Part shown: piece by piece, positions 25,559-35,348 of the stretch | How positions within the stretch are numbered: the stretch's first letter is position 1 | Layout of the letters: every line of letters starts with the position of its first letter | From: an uncultured Actinomycetes bacterium | Lineage (GTDB): Bacteria > Actinomycetota > Thermoleophilia > RBG-16-64-13 | Direction of reading: 5' to 3' | Assembly: GCA_963806155.1 (NCBI GenBank) | Contig: CAWDXC010000011.1 | Coordinates: forward strand, 129,819 to 193,818 | DNA length: 64,000 bases | Program-made: the position numbers and the translations under genes | The notes under the pieces: generated by a model | What the model saw: only the letters and a program-made list of their open reading frames with translations | Databases searched by the model: none | What the model was told of the DNA's origin: nothing

Positions 25559-27724
25559 GTGGCCGGACTTGCCCGGTGGTGCTACCGGCACCGCGTCATC
25601 GTCCTTGTCGCCTGGCTGGTAGTTCTCGTGTCCGTCATCGGCATCGAACGAGCGGTCGGCAGTTCATACACCGACTCCTTCAGCTTGCCCGGGACCGAGT
25701 CCTCACGTGGCCTCCAGCTGCTCCGTTCCGAACTTCCCCAGCAATCGGGCGACTCCGGCACGATCGTCTGGCACACCCCGGATGCCTCCGTGAACGACCC
25801 GGCGGTCAAGGCGCGCATCCAATCTATGCTCGAGCAAGTCGCGGCAGCGTCGTCGGTCGCCTCAGTGAATGGCCCCTACGATCCGGCGGGGGCCGGACAG
25901 ATCAGCAAGGACGCCCAGACCGCCTACGCGACCGTGACGTTTGTCGGACGGGGTTCGTCGCTGCCCAAGCAGGACGTTCTTCACGTTGTAGACCTGGTTC
26001 GTGCTGCCCGGGCCCCAGGTGTGCAGGTCGAGGTGGGCGGCCACGCCATCGAGCACGCGACCGAGGGCTCTCTGTCGAGCAGCATGGCCGTCGGGCTGAT
26101 CGCGGCCGCCGTGATCATTCTGGTCGCCTTCGGCTCGTTCTTCGGCATGCTGCTGCCGCTCATCACGGCCGGGGTAGCGCTGGGTATGACGATGTTCGGC
26201 ATCGAACTGGTCTCCCATGCGGTCCCCATCAATTCCGTCGCTCCGACCATGGCCATCGTCATCGGGCTGGGTGTGGGCATCGACTACGCGCTCTTCATAG
26301 TCACCAGGTACCGTCACGGTCTCAAGATGGGGATGCCGCCGGAAGGGGCGGCCATGGAAGCGCTGAACACAGCCGGCCGGGCAGTGCTTGTCGCCGGCGG
26401 GACGGTCTGCATCGCACTGCTGGGCCTGCTGGTGCTCCGCATGAGCTTGCTCGACGGCCTGGCCTACTCATCGGTCTTTGCTGTGGCGCTCACCATGGCT
26501 ACCGCCATCACGCTCTTGCCCGCGCTCCTGGGCTTCATGGGCCCGCGGGTGCTCAGTCGTCGTGAGCGGGCCCGACTGGCCAAGACGGGACCGCAGGAAG
26601 GCCATGGGGGCGGCTTCTGGCCACGCCTGGGAGGCTTTGTCTCCGGCCGCCCCGTGATCCTCGCGGTGAGCGCATCGATCCTGATGCTCGTCCTCGCCAG
26701 CCCCTTCCTTTCCTTGCGGCTGGGCTTGTCCGACGCCGGGAACGACCCTGCCTCCTCGACCACACGCAAGGCCTACGACCTGATGGCGCAGGGCTTTGGC
26801 CCCGGCTTCAACGGTCCGCTGCTCCTGGTGGCGCAGTTGGGTTCGTTGGCCGACACGGCCGCTCTTGAACGATTGACCAAGGCCCTCGAGGGCGAGGACG
26901 GCGTGGCCGCCGTGGTTCCCTTTCCCACCCAGCCGGGGGCGAAGGTGGCTATCGTCCAGCTCATCCCCACGACCTCATCTCAGGACGCGCGCACCGGTGA
27001 CTTGATAACCCGTCTTCGGAGCGACGTGATCCCGGCAGCCGAAGAGGGGAGCGATCTGCAGGTGCTCGTCAGTGGAGGCCCAGCGATCGCCCATGACTTC
27101 GCCGCCGCCATCACCTCCAAGTTGCCGCTCTTCGTCGGTGTCATCGTCGCGCTCGGTTTCCTCCTCCTGTTCGTCGCCTTCCGTAGCTTCGTGGTCCCCG
27201 CTACCGCCGCTCTTATGAATCTCCTCGCGGCCGCGGCCGCGTTCGGCGTCGTCATCGCCTTCTTTCAGTTCGGCTGGGGATCGGACCGGCTGGGGCTGGG
27301 GCGGGCCGGGCCGGTGGAGGCGTTTCTGCCGGTGATCATGCTGGCCGTGCTTTTCGGCCTCTCCATGGACTATCAGGTGTTCCTCGTGAGCCGCATACAC
27401 GAGGAGTGGGTCCATACGCACGACAACCGCCGTTCGGTCATTGCAGGGCAGGCCGCCACCGGACGCGTGATAACCGCGGCGGCCGCCATCATGATCTGTG
27501 TGTTTGTAGCTTTTGTCCTGGGCGGCCAGCGGGTCATCGCCGAGTTCGGCGTCGGACTCGCCGCCGCCGTTCTGCTGGACGCCTTCGTACTGCGGACCTT
27601 TCTCGTGCCGTCTCTGATGCATCTTTTCGGCAGGGCGAACTGGTGGCTTCCGCGCTGGGTCGATCGTCGCCTGCCCCATCTGGCGGTGGCGCCGGCCGAG
27701 GACCCGAGCGAGCCCGACCTCTAA
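25559..27724 (+). CDS. MMPL-family (RND superfamily) membrane transporter
   Basis: 721 aa with two hydrophobic transmembrane bundles separated by soluble domains. GTG start with AAGGAG 7 nt upstream. Confidence 0.8.
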   Translation: MAGLARWCYRHRVIVLVAWLVVLVSVIGIERAVGSSYTDSFSLPGTESSRGLQLLRSELPQQSGDSGTIVWHTPDASVNDPAVKARIQSMLEQVAAASSVASVNGPYDPAGAGQISKDAQTAYATVTFVGRGSSLPKQDVLHVVDLVRAARAPGVQVEVGGHAIEHATEGSLSSSMAVGLIAAAVIILVAFGSFFGMLLPLITAGVALGMTMFGIELVSHAVPINSVAPTMAIVIGLGVGIDYALFIVTRYRHGLKMGMPPEGAAMEALNTAGRAVLVAGGTVCIALLGLLVLRMSLLDGLAYSSVFAVALTMATAITLLPALLGFMGPRVLSRRERARLAKTGPQEGHGGGFWPRLGGFVSGRPVILAVSASILMLVLASPFLSLRLGLSDAGNDPASSTTRKAYDLMAQGFGPGFNGPLLLVAQLGSLADTAALERLTKALEGEDGVAAVVPFPTQPGAKVAIVQLIPTTSSQDARTGDLITRLRSDVIPAAEEGSDLQVLVSGGPAIAHDFAAAITSKLPLFVGVIVALGFLLLFVAFRSFVVPATAALMNLLAAAAAFGVVIAFFQFGWGSDRLGLGRAGPVEAFLPVIMLAVLFGLSMDYQVFLVSRIHEEWVHTHDNRRSVIAGQAATGRVITAAAAIMICVFVAFVLGGQRVIAEFGVGLAAAVLLDAFVLRTFLVPSLMHLFGRANWWLPRWVDRRLPHLAVAPAEDPSEPDL

Positions 27725-27855
27725 CGTCGGGGTCATTTCTTGTTTGTGTGGGAGCCGCAGTTCGAACGAAACGGGCTGGGCCGGCCGGAATGTTCACCGA
27801 ATGTACACGCCGCACGGCGGAATTGCCTCAGCCACCTCGGTCGAATACCAGCCGT

Positions 27856-28690
27856 CTAGTGTTTGAGTTGATAGGTGATGGTCACGTTGATGTAGATGTC
27901 CAAGTTCTGAGGGTTGATCGGCGGGGGAGAAACCGCGGCGCCGGCCGTGGTCGTAGTATATGCGGCTTCTCCCCCGTAGTAGTAGACAGGGGACGAGTAG
28001 CCCTCGGTAAGGACGAGCACGTCGCCCAGGGTCACTCCGTTCGCAGCGGCAAACGCCTCGGCTTTGGCGTGGGCTTGGGCAGAGGCTTGGGCGAGCGCTT
28101 GGGTCTGGGCTTTGGTGTTATCGGAGAGCTGCCAGGTAGGGCCGGAGAGGTTGTTGGCCCCAGCCTCGGCCGCGGCGGCGAATACGCTTCCAATGGCGCT
28201 GAAGTCGGTCAGGGTGACCTTCACCGAGTTTGAGGCCTGGTAGCTGGTGCCGGTCTGCTTGCCGGTCTTCTGGTCGTAGACGGGGATACCCGTAGACACT
28301 GACGTTGGTGGTCTCGACGGCCGAGTCCGGTATCCCGTCCGCTTTGAGACGAGCAAGGACGTCCTGCATTTGTTTGGAATTGGCATCGAGAGCCGCTGCT
28401 GCCGTAGCCGCGCTGCCTTGAACACCTATGTTGATGACGGCCTGGTCGGGAAGCGCGCTCATGTGACCGGTGCCGGAAACGGTGACGGTGTGAAGAAGAG
28501 GACTCTGCGCTTCTGGTGCGCTGACTGTCGTCGTGGTCGAGATCTGCGTTTGAGTCGACCCGCTAGCCGTGGTTGTCGAACTTCCCGCCGTTGTTGACAC
28601 GGTTGAACCCGAGGCGCAGGCGGCGACGCCGAAGACCAACAGCGCGAGCGCCAACACAACGCCGCCCGCGAGCGTCAACCTTTTCCCCAT
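27856..28690 (-). pseudogene. SIMPL-domain (DUF541) lipoprotein with a single +1 frameshift
   Basis: The N-terminal part (lipobox VAACASGS, …QAVINIGVQGSAATAAAALDANSKQMQDVLARLKADGIP…) is in the frame of 28118..28828. The C-terminal part (…PQNLDIYINVTITYQLK) is in the frame of 27856..28425. The junction is near 28290 (GGTATCCCC). Confidence 0.6.
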
Positions 28691-29015
28691 CCTGGTGAAT
28701 GGCACGGTGCCCCCCTTTCTCGTGGATAGCCGCAGCCGCTCCCTCGGTCTGCCAGCGAATCCGCGTGCCCCCATAAAGCTCTCAGTCACGTTCGACTGCT
28801 GGCGTCCCGAGGTTGTTCCCAACAGCACCAGACCATGTTACTCCTCGCCTGGACGTCACCATGTGTGCATCGTGTCTGCTCTGGTCGCCCGGGGTGCCCG
28901 AGGAATCCCCGGCGAGGTACGATTGGGTCTACATCTGGATGTAGCTCCAACCGCAAGTGACTCGACTCCCGCGCTACACGAGCTCTGGTGCCAACTGCAA
29001 CGAGGCGATCCCTAA

Positions 29016-29192
29016 ATGACAGCGTGGCGAGTCGATCATCTTCTTGTCGTCGATGTGGAGACGACCGGCCTGTACAACTCGGACCGGGTTGTGGAGGTAG
29101 CCGCGGTGACGCTGTCGGCGGGCGGACAGATCGTCGACTCCACCATCATCATCGGGCCCTGGCGGACGCACGTGCGACTGCGCGACTTCTGA
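29016..29192 (+). pseudogene. DnaQ-like (DEDDh) 3'-5' exonuclease, N-terminal 58-aa stub
   Basis: MTAWRVDHLLVVDVETTGLYNSDRVVEVAAVTLSAGGQIVDS… carries Exo motif I, then stops after 58 codons. Confidence 0.4.
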
Positions 29193-29437
29193 TCGCTGCC
29201 CGATGCGAGGTGGACGAGTCTTCGCCCGCGAGAGTCGGGAGTCTTAGCAGCCCGGCCTGCCCCCGCACTCTTCGACGGGACGCCGTTTTCGCCGATACCA
29301 GCGCAGAGGTGCCCTACCCCGCACTTCTTTGCCGGTACAGCCGGTCCTTCTCGGCCTTGGTATTCCGCCGGAGGACTTCTATTGACCATGTAGAAAGGTC
29401 ATAATGACCGTGTCAAGTAGTCATAGGAGCGCGGCTT

Positions 29438-30061
29438 TTGGGGGGACAGGTGTTCAACCAGCGAGAATCAGTGGACGAGGCTTTCTCGCTCTTGAGTGCT
29501 GCTCTTGAGGCGGAAGGGCACGGGCTCTGCGAGATTGTCGTCATAGGCGGCGCGGCGCTCAGCATTCTGGGCTTCGGCATCCGTCCAACAAAAGACGTCG
29601 ATGTTCTTGGGTTGTGCGAGACATCAGTCAACCCTGCGCGACTTGTTGTGACTAAGCACAAACCCCTTCCGGCACCGCTGCTTCAGGCAGCATCTCAGGT
29701 TGCAGACGCTCTCGGATTGAGTTCTGATTGGCTGAATGCCGGGCCGGCCGACCTCCTGGATCAGGGGCTGCCCACAGGTTTCGAACAGCGACTGATCGCC
29801 AGAAGGTACGAGCCACGTCTCACGGTGTGGCTACCCGCACGCGAGGATCTCATTTGCTTCAAGACATACGCGGCTGCTGATACCGGCATTGGCCGGCACA
29901 CAGAAGATCTTCGTGCTCTTCGGCCGTCTTGCGAGGAGTTGCTCGCCGGCGCCTTGTGGGCACGATCACAGGACCCTTCCGAAGCCTTCAGGGACATGCT
30001 GGTCGGGTTGCTTCGGTACTTTCATTGTGAAGAGGCGGCGGAGGAGATTGGCCATGGATAG
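29438..30061 (+). CDS. Minimal nucleotidyltransferase-fold protein (Pol-beta superfamily)
   Basis: IVVIGGAALSILGFGIRPTKDVDVL fits the hG[GS]x9-13DxD nucleotidyltransferase motif. TTG start with AGGAGC 8 nt upstream. 207 aa. Overlaps the next gene by 8 nt. Confidence 0.55.
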   Translation: MGGQVFNQRESVDEAFSLLSAALEAEGHGLCEIVVIGGAALSILGFGIRPTKDVDVLGLCETSVNPARLVVTKHKPLPAPLLQAASQVADALGLSSDWLNAGPADLLDQGLPTGFEQRLIARRYEPRLTVWLPAREDLICFKTYAAADTGIGRHTEDLRALRPSCEELLAGALWARSQDPSEAFRDMLVGLLRYFHCEEAAEEIGHG

Positions 30062-31070
30062 ACGCAGCCTTATCGAGCAGGGTCTCAGAGAAGCAACGCT
30101 CGAGCTGTGTTGGAGGCAATGGACCGCTGCGGGACTGGCCGGAACACAGGAAGAGTCGAGAACTCTCATCGACCCGGAGGCTCTCCTCGTCGCCTCTCTC
30201 ACTCTGGGGCGCTGCGACGCTCGTCTGTTCGATGAGCTACTGGACTGGCTGATCGGGAACTGGCAACTTCTTGATTCTGCACGTCTGAAGCGGATTGCCC
30301 GGGGCGCTTCGCCCAGCGAGCGTGCGTTGCTCGCGGTTGCTAGTCAAATGGCGTCCTCGGGTAAAGGGGCAACGAAGCTCCGAGACGTGCTGGCACGTGA
30401 TCTGGAGCAGCGGACGACCGCTTCGGACGCACCCCAGAGCCTCTTCTTCTCCCAGACGAGGGAGGAACAAGATTGGACACAGCCCGATCCCGTCTTTGAA
30501 GCGGCCGGGTTTCTCCGGTCGCCCGTTCATCTTCGCGGACTCTCTCGCCGGCCTAGAGTCTCGAATCCCGCCTGTCTGCGGTTCAAGCTGCGAGCGCTCG
30601 TCGGTATCGGATCAAGGGCCGAAGTGCTCGCCTATCTCCTCACCCATGACTGGACTCATGGGCGATTGATTGCCGATCGTGCCGCCTACCCGCAAGGACC
30701 AGTCGCCTCCTATCTTGTTTCGCTCTTCGAAGCGGGCATCGTGGATCGCCGCCAGGAGGGAAAGAAGGCGCTCTATCGTCTTGAGGAGGATGTTCGGAGC
30801 GCCTTCGTAGCAGATCCATTGTTCGTAGACTGGATCAGGATCTGGCCGGCGCTTACTGGGCTTCTTGAGGCCATGAGATCAACGGCCGCGATCGAGGAGG
30901 CGTGGTGGCTGCGACTTGCCGAGGCCCTGACCAAGAATCGAGCGGCTCTGCGTGCGGAGGGTTTTGAGGTCGAGATCGGCGACTTGCGGGGATGGGGGCT
31001 TCAGGGAACCAACATCCTCGAACTTGCGCTAACGAAGGTGACAATGAGAGTCAGAGAGCTCTCGGTCTAA
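30054..31070 (+). CDS. Hypothetical protein with a C-terminal winged-helix (ArsR-like) DNA-binding domain
   Basis: 338 aa. AEVLAYLLTHDWTHGRLIADRAAYPQGPVASYLVSLFEAGIVDRRQEGKKALYRLEE is a wHTH. No HEPN Rx4-6H motif is evident. Its 3' end is duplicated at 25126-25345. Confidence 0.5.
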   Translation: MDRRSLIEQGLREATLELCWRQWTAAGLAGTQEESRTLIDPEALLVASLTLGRCDARLFDELLDWLIGNWQLLDSARLKRIARGASPSERALLAVASQMASSGKGATKLRDVLARDLEQRTTASDAPQSLFFSQTREEQDWTQPDPVFEAAGFLRSPVHLRGLSRRPRVSNPACLRFKLRALVGIGSRAEVLAYLLTHDWTHGRLIADRAAYPQGPVASYLVSLFEAGIVDRRQEGKKALYRLEEDVRSAFVADPLFVDWIRIWPALTGLLEAMRSTAAIEEAWWLRLAEALTKNRAALRAEGFEVEIGDLRGWGLQGTNILELALTKVTMRVRELSV

Positions 31071-31104
31071 GACCAAGACGCTACTACAGCCGCTCCCGGC
31101 CCTA

Positions 31105-31215
31105 CTCAATGAGCGAAAGCAGCGTCGGAACTCCAAAGTGAGGTGGGCCGAGGAACCCTGATCCTAACGAATGCTGCCGCTCACGCGAGTGGGTTCGGGG
31201 TTTGTGGATCCCTTG
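31105..31215 (-). mobile_element. Fourth remnant (~110 nt) of the same IS left end
   Basis: CTCAATGAGCGAAAGCAGCGTCGGAACTCCAAAGTGAGGTGGGCCGAGGAACCCTGATCCTAACGAATG…GGTTTGTGGATCCCTTGTGG aligns with 24095-24208 and 20540-20651. Confidence 0.4.
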
Positions 31216-31358
31216 TGGCCGACTTTGAGCCGAGCGCTGTCAAAGGCCGCGGCGCTTTCCGGCCTTGCCTACTGGCCTGAGCCGGATCCCCCGTGGTCGC
31301 CTGAGATGTGTGATACAACGGAGGCACATCGACAGAGCAGCTCACCAGAGGAGTCATC

Positions 31359-33443
31359 ATGTTTGAGATCGTGATTGATACCGGTGGGACGTTCACGGAT
31401 GCCGTGTTGATGGACGAAGATAGAAGTATACGCACGGCCAAGTTCTTGACCGATACCTCGGAACCAGCGAACAGCATAATGGGCTGTATCGATATTCTCG
31501 CCGACCAGCTCGGCGTAACCGAGCACGACGTGTTGGCAAAAACCTCCACTCTGGTGATCGGGACGACCCTGTCGACGAACTGCGTTCTCGAAAAGAAAGG
31601 GGCGAAGTGCTGCCTCCTCTACACCAAGGGCTTTAGGGACATACCGGAGCTCGGTGAGAAGGTGCGGCACAGGGACATTTACAATCTAAAGACTCCGCCA
31701 CCGAGCTATCTGATCCCACGTTACCTGCGCTTTGGCATCGAGGAGCGCACTCTCTACGACGGGCAGATCCTGACGCCCCTCAACGAGGCCGACGTCCGCG
31801 AGGCAGTCAGAAAGGCTAAAGCCCAGGATGTGGAAGTGCCGGTCATATGTTTTCTACACTCCTACAGTAACCCTGAACATGAGGAGAAAGCGGCGGAACT
31901 GATACGGGATGACTACCCTGATGTGGTGGTGTCATCGCACATCCTCCGGCGTTGGATGCAGTACTACCGCCTGAGCACCGCCGAGCTGGCGGCATACGTG
32001 AAGCCTACGACAGCGCGGTTCGTCAGATCCTTGGACAAGCGGATGAAGGACTCGAGCTTCAAGGGGACGTCTCTGTTCGTCACGTGCGCCGGCGGCGTCA
32101 CAACCCCCGAGTTGTGTCTGGACAATCCCACGCTCTTGATCGGCTCGGGGCCCGCCGCTGGACCCTTGCTCGGCAAGTTCTTGGCCGAACTGGCCGGCTT
32201 CGACGACGTGATCGTCCTCGATGTGGGAGGCACGAGTTCCGATCTCGCCCTGCTTCCGGACCTGACGATCGCCACGACGACCCAGACGAGGATCGGCGAA
32301 TTCACCAACGCGACCGAGGCGGTCGACGTAGGTAGCATCGGGGCCGGTGGCGGCAGTATCGCTCGGCTCGACGAGCGTAATATCCTCTATGTGGGGCCCG
32401 CCAGCGCCGGTGCCGATCCGGGCCCCGCGTGCTACGGCAAGGGGGGCAAGCTGCCGGCGGTCACTGACGCCGACGTCGTCCTAGGGCACATTCCCGCGGA
32501 CTATTTCCTCGGCGGCACGATGTCCCTCGATGTCGCCGCCGCAGAGAAGGCGATAGAAGAGACCATAGCGAAGCCGCTCGGCCTCGATGTCGTCGAGGCG
32601 GCTGCCGCTATCTCGTCGCTCGTCGAAGACAACATGGCCAGTGCCATCTTCCTCGAAGCTGTGAAGAAGGGACTCGATCCCCGGAACTTCACGCTGGTCG
32701 TTGGAGGCGGGGCTGGCCCAGTCCATTCGGTCGCCGTCGCTGCCAAGCTGGGGATACGCCAGGTTTATATACCGAGACAGGCGGCGGTGTTCTGTGCGTT
32801 CGGAGCCGCCTTGGCGGACTACACATATATCCTCAACCGTTTCCTCTATAAGCGCGACGACCAGGTGGATCTTGAGGAAGTGAAATCGCTATACGATTCT
32901 TTGGAGGAAGAAGGCAGAGCCGTCCTTGCTCGACAAGGGGTCCAACCGGAGAACATGAAGCTGATCCGGGGAGCGGAGATGCGCTACTACGGGCAACTCA
33001 ACGACGTCAGCGTCTCTATTCCGGACAGCGACCACGGGAACGATTTCTCGGAGGACACCCTCAAGGAGCTGAGCCGAACCTTCCACGACCAGCACAAGAC
33101 GCTGTTCGGCTGGTCGGACCGGGCTATGCCAACAGTCCTAGCAATGCTAAAGCTCCAGGCCGTGGGCGTGAGACCTCCGCTCACGCTCCTCAAACGGCCG
33201 GTCGCTTCGGAAGATGCCTCGGCGGCAGTGAAGCGCCGACGAAGCGTGTACATGAAAGAGCTCGGTAGTTTCGAGGAAACGCCATGTTACGACGCGGATC
33301 TCTTGCAGCACGGGCACAGGATCGAGGGACCGGCCATCGTCGAGGAGACGAAGACCACGGTGGTGCTGCCACCGGGGGCGGAACTCACCGTCGATGCCTA
33401 CGAAAACTACCTGGTGACTCTCTCACGGGAGGCGGGGCAGTGA
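31359..33443 (+). CDS. hyuA: Hydantoinase A / N-methylhydantoinase A / 5-oxoprolinase beta-type subunit
   Basis: N-terminal VIDTGGTFTD motif, then LGIGGGS-type ATPase motifs. 694 aa. RBS GAGGAG. Confidence 0.85.
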   Translation: MFEIVIDTGGTFTDAVLMDEDRSIRTAKFLTDTSEPANSIMGCIDILADQLGVTEHDVLAKTSTLVIGTTLSTNCVLEKKGAKCCLLYTKGFRDIPELGEKVRHRDIYNLKTPPPSYLIPRYLRFGIEERTLYDGQILTPLNEADVREAVRKAKAQDVEVPVICFLHSYSNPEHEEKAAELIRDDYPDVVVSSHILRRWMQYYRLSTAELAAYVKPTTARFVRSLDKRMKDSSFKGTSLFVTCAGGVTTPELCLDNPTLLIGSGPAAGPLLGKFLAELAGFDDVIVLDVGGTSSDLALLPDLTIATTTQTRIGEFTNATEAVDVGSIGAGGGSIARLDERNILYVGPASAGADPGPACYGKGGKLPAVTDADVVLGHIPADYFLGGTMSLDVAAAEKAIEETIAKPLGLDVVEAAAAISSLVEDNMASAIFLEAVKKGLDPRNFTLVVGGGAGPVHSVAVAAKLGIRQVYIPRQAAVFCAFGAALADYTYILNRFLYKRDDQVDLEEVKSLYDSLEEEGRAVLARQGVQPENMKLIRGAEMRYYGQLNDVSVSIPDSDHGNDFSEDTLKELSRTFHDQHKTLFGWSDRAMPTVLAMLKLQAVGVRPPLTLLKRPVASEDASAAVKRRRSVYMKELGSFEETPCYDADLLQHGHRIEGPAIVEETKTTVVLPPGAELTVDAYENYLVTLSREAGQ

Positions 33444-33488
33444 ACACGAACGCCACCAAGTGACACGGGCAAGAGCCCGATCGATCCG

Positions 33489-35282
33489 TTGACCCTGTCT
33501 CTTATCGAAGGCAGATTGACGTCGATGAACGAGGAGTTGGGCGACAGGGTGTTCCGCCAGGCCTTCTCTGTCGTGACCGCGCACATCCACGATCTCGGCA
33601 CTACGTTGTTCGATAGCAAGGAACGAACGATAACGATCGGCAACTGGATGCCCGTGCACACGGCCGGAGCCGACGTTTGCCTGCGGGGCATGCTTGATTA
33701 TCTCGGCCGCGAGACTATCAGGCCGGACGACTTCCTTGTCTCCAACGATCCCTTCATCGTGAAGTTCGGCCACGCACCCGACTGGTCGTTCGTTCGTCCG
33801 ATCTTCTTCGAGGGCGACCTCGTCTTCTATCACTTCCTGCGTACGCACGAATACGACAGCGGCGGTGCCTTCCAGGGCTCCTACTATCCACGAATGTATG
33901 ACTGTCACGGCGAAGGGCTGATGATCCCTCCGGTCAAGATCATCGAGTCAGGTGTGATCGACGAAAAGGTCTTCTCGGTCATCCTGCGCAATGTAAGGGG
34001 GTCGGCGCTGGTCAGGGCCGACACGATGCTCGTGTTCGAGGCGATGAGGAAGGCCGAGGCGCGGGTGATAGACATGCTGCGGAGTTACGGGAAGGAGACC
34101 GTGCTTGGAGCCTGCGACGAATTGATCAGGCGGACGGAACAGGCAGTGCGCAAGATCATCTCCGGCTGGCCGGCCGGCACGTACTACGCGGAACGCGCTG
34201 CAGACTGGGACGGCACGACCGATAGACCGGTGTGGGTGCGGCTGGCCATGACCGTCAAGCCGGAAGAGGGGCAAGTGATCTTCGACTTCACGGAGAGCGA
34301 CCGCCAGGTCGACTTCATCAACTGTCCGGAGGGCCAGGCGGCGGCGGCCGTCGTCAGCGGCGTTGCGTGGTCGCTCCCGCCGGGTACACCTCGTAACCAG
34401 GGATTGATCGACTGCCTCACGATCCTCAGGAAGGAGGGCACAGTTCTGTGGCCGACCTACCCGCACACCACGGGCGGGCAGGCACCGTCGGTCGGGACAC
34501 ACGTGACCGAGTGCGTACAGCTCGCGCTGGCCCAGGTGGTGCCGAGAGAGACGTCGGCGATATGGTCGCGCCATCTGAGCCCCATCGTTACAGGCAAGGT
34601 CCGCGATCAGATCGACCCGCGGACCGGCGCGCCTCGCGTCTACTGGGCCTCGCCCTTCCATCAAGACGGTTCCAGCGGCGCTCTCTACGGCTTCGACGGC
34701 ATCGATGGCCTTGGCCCGTGCCACGCCGGCGGCGCGGTGGTCAGGGCGCCGGTCGAGGTCGAAGAATGGGACACGCCGTATCGCTGGCTGCACTACGAGT
34801 TCCTGCAGGATTCCGCGGGCGACGGCGAGTGGCGCGGCGGAGCTGGGACCGACGTCGTGATCCAGAACCTGTGTGACCCCGAGTCATGGCAGCCTCACGA
34901 TCAGGTCGTCATGACAGGCAACTCCGACGGCGAGAAGTTCACCGCTGCCGGGCTCATGGGCGGTACTGACGGCCTTGCTCACCGGCTCGGCATCCTCCGG
35001 CGGGGCGAGCAGGTGCAGCTGCGCTGCTGCGACATCCAGTACACCGAACCGGGCGACATCATCTGGACCAAGTCGGGCGGTGGAGGCGGCTATGGCGACC
35101 CGCTGGACAGAAAGATCGAGATGGTCCGCTGGGATGCCTTGAACGAGTACATCTCGGCAAAGAGGGCCCGTGAGGTCTATGGTGTCGTGCTGGACGCCAC
35201 TACTTTCGAAGTGGACTATGAAGCAACGGAAGCTCTCAGGAAGAAGCTGAAGGCGGAGAGAAAGGCAGCAGCCACGAGCTGA
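33489..35282 (+). CDS. hyuB: Hydantoinase B / oxoprolinase alpha-type subunit
   Basis: The DPLTLSLIEGRLTSMNEELGDRVFRQAFS N-terminus is typical of the family. 597 aa. Start uncertain: the TTG at 33489 would omit the conserved DP, and no ATG or GTG lies between the hyuA stop at 33441 and 33489. Confidence 0.75.
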   Translation: MTLSLIEGRLTSMNEELGDRVFRQAFSVVTAHIHDLGTTLFDSKERTITIGNWMPVHTAGADVCLRGMLDYLGRETIRPDDFLVSNDPFIVKFGHAPDWSFVRPIFFEGDLVFYHFLRTHEYDSGGAFQGSYYPRMYDCHGEGLMIPPVKIIESGVIDEKVFSVILRNVRGSALVRADTMLVFEAMRKAEARVIDMLRSYGKETVLGACDELIRRTEQAVRKIISGWPAGTYYAERAADWDGTTDRPVWVRLAMTVKPEEGQVIFDFTESDRQVDFINCPEGQAAAAVVSGVAWSLPPGTPRNQGLIDCLTILRKEGTVLWPTYPHTTGGQAPSVGTHVTECVQLALAQVVPRETSAIWSRHLSPIVTGKVRDQIDPRTGAPRVYWASPFHQDGSSGALYGFDGIDGLGPCHAGGAVVRAPVEVEEWDTPYRWLHYEFLQDSAGDGEWRGGAGTDVVIQNLCDPESWQPHDQVVMTGNSDGEKFTAAGLMGGTDGLAHRLGILRRGEQVQLRCCDIQYTEPGDIIWTKSGGGGGYGDPLDRKIEMVRWDALNEYISAKRAREVYGVVLDATTFEVDYEATEALRKKLKAERKAAATS

Positions 35283-35348
35283 GGAGGCGCGGAGCCTCTG
35301 CGACTCGGGCCCGCGGGTGTGCTTTGCCGTCGTCCAAACATGGACGGA

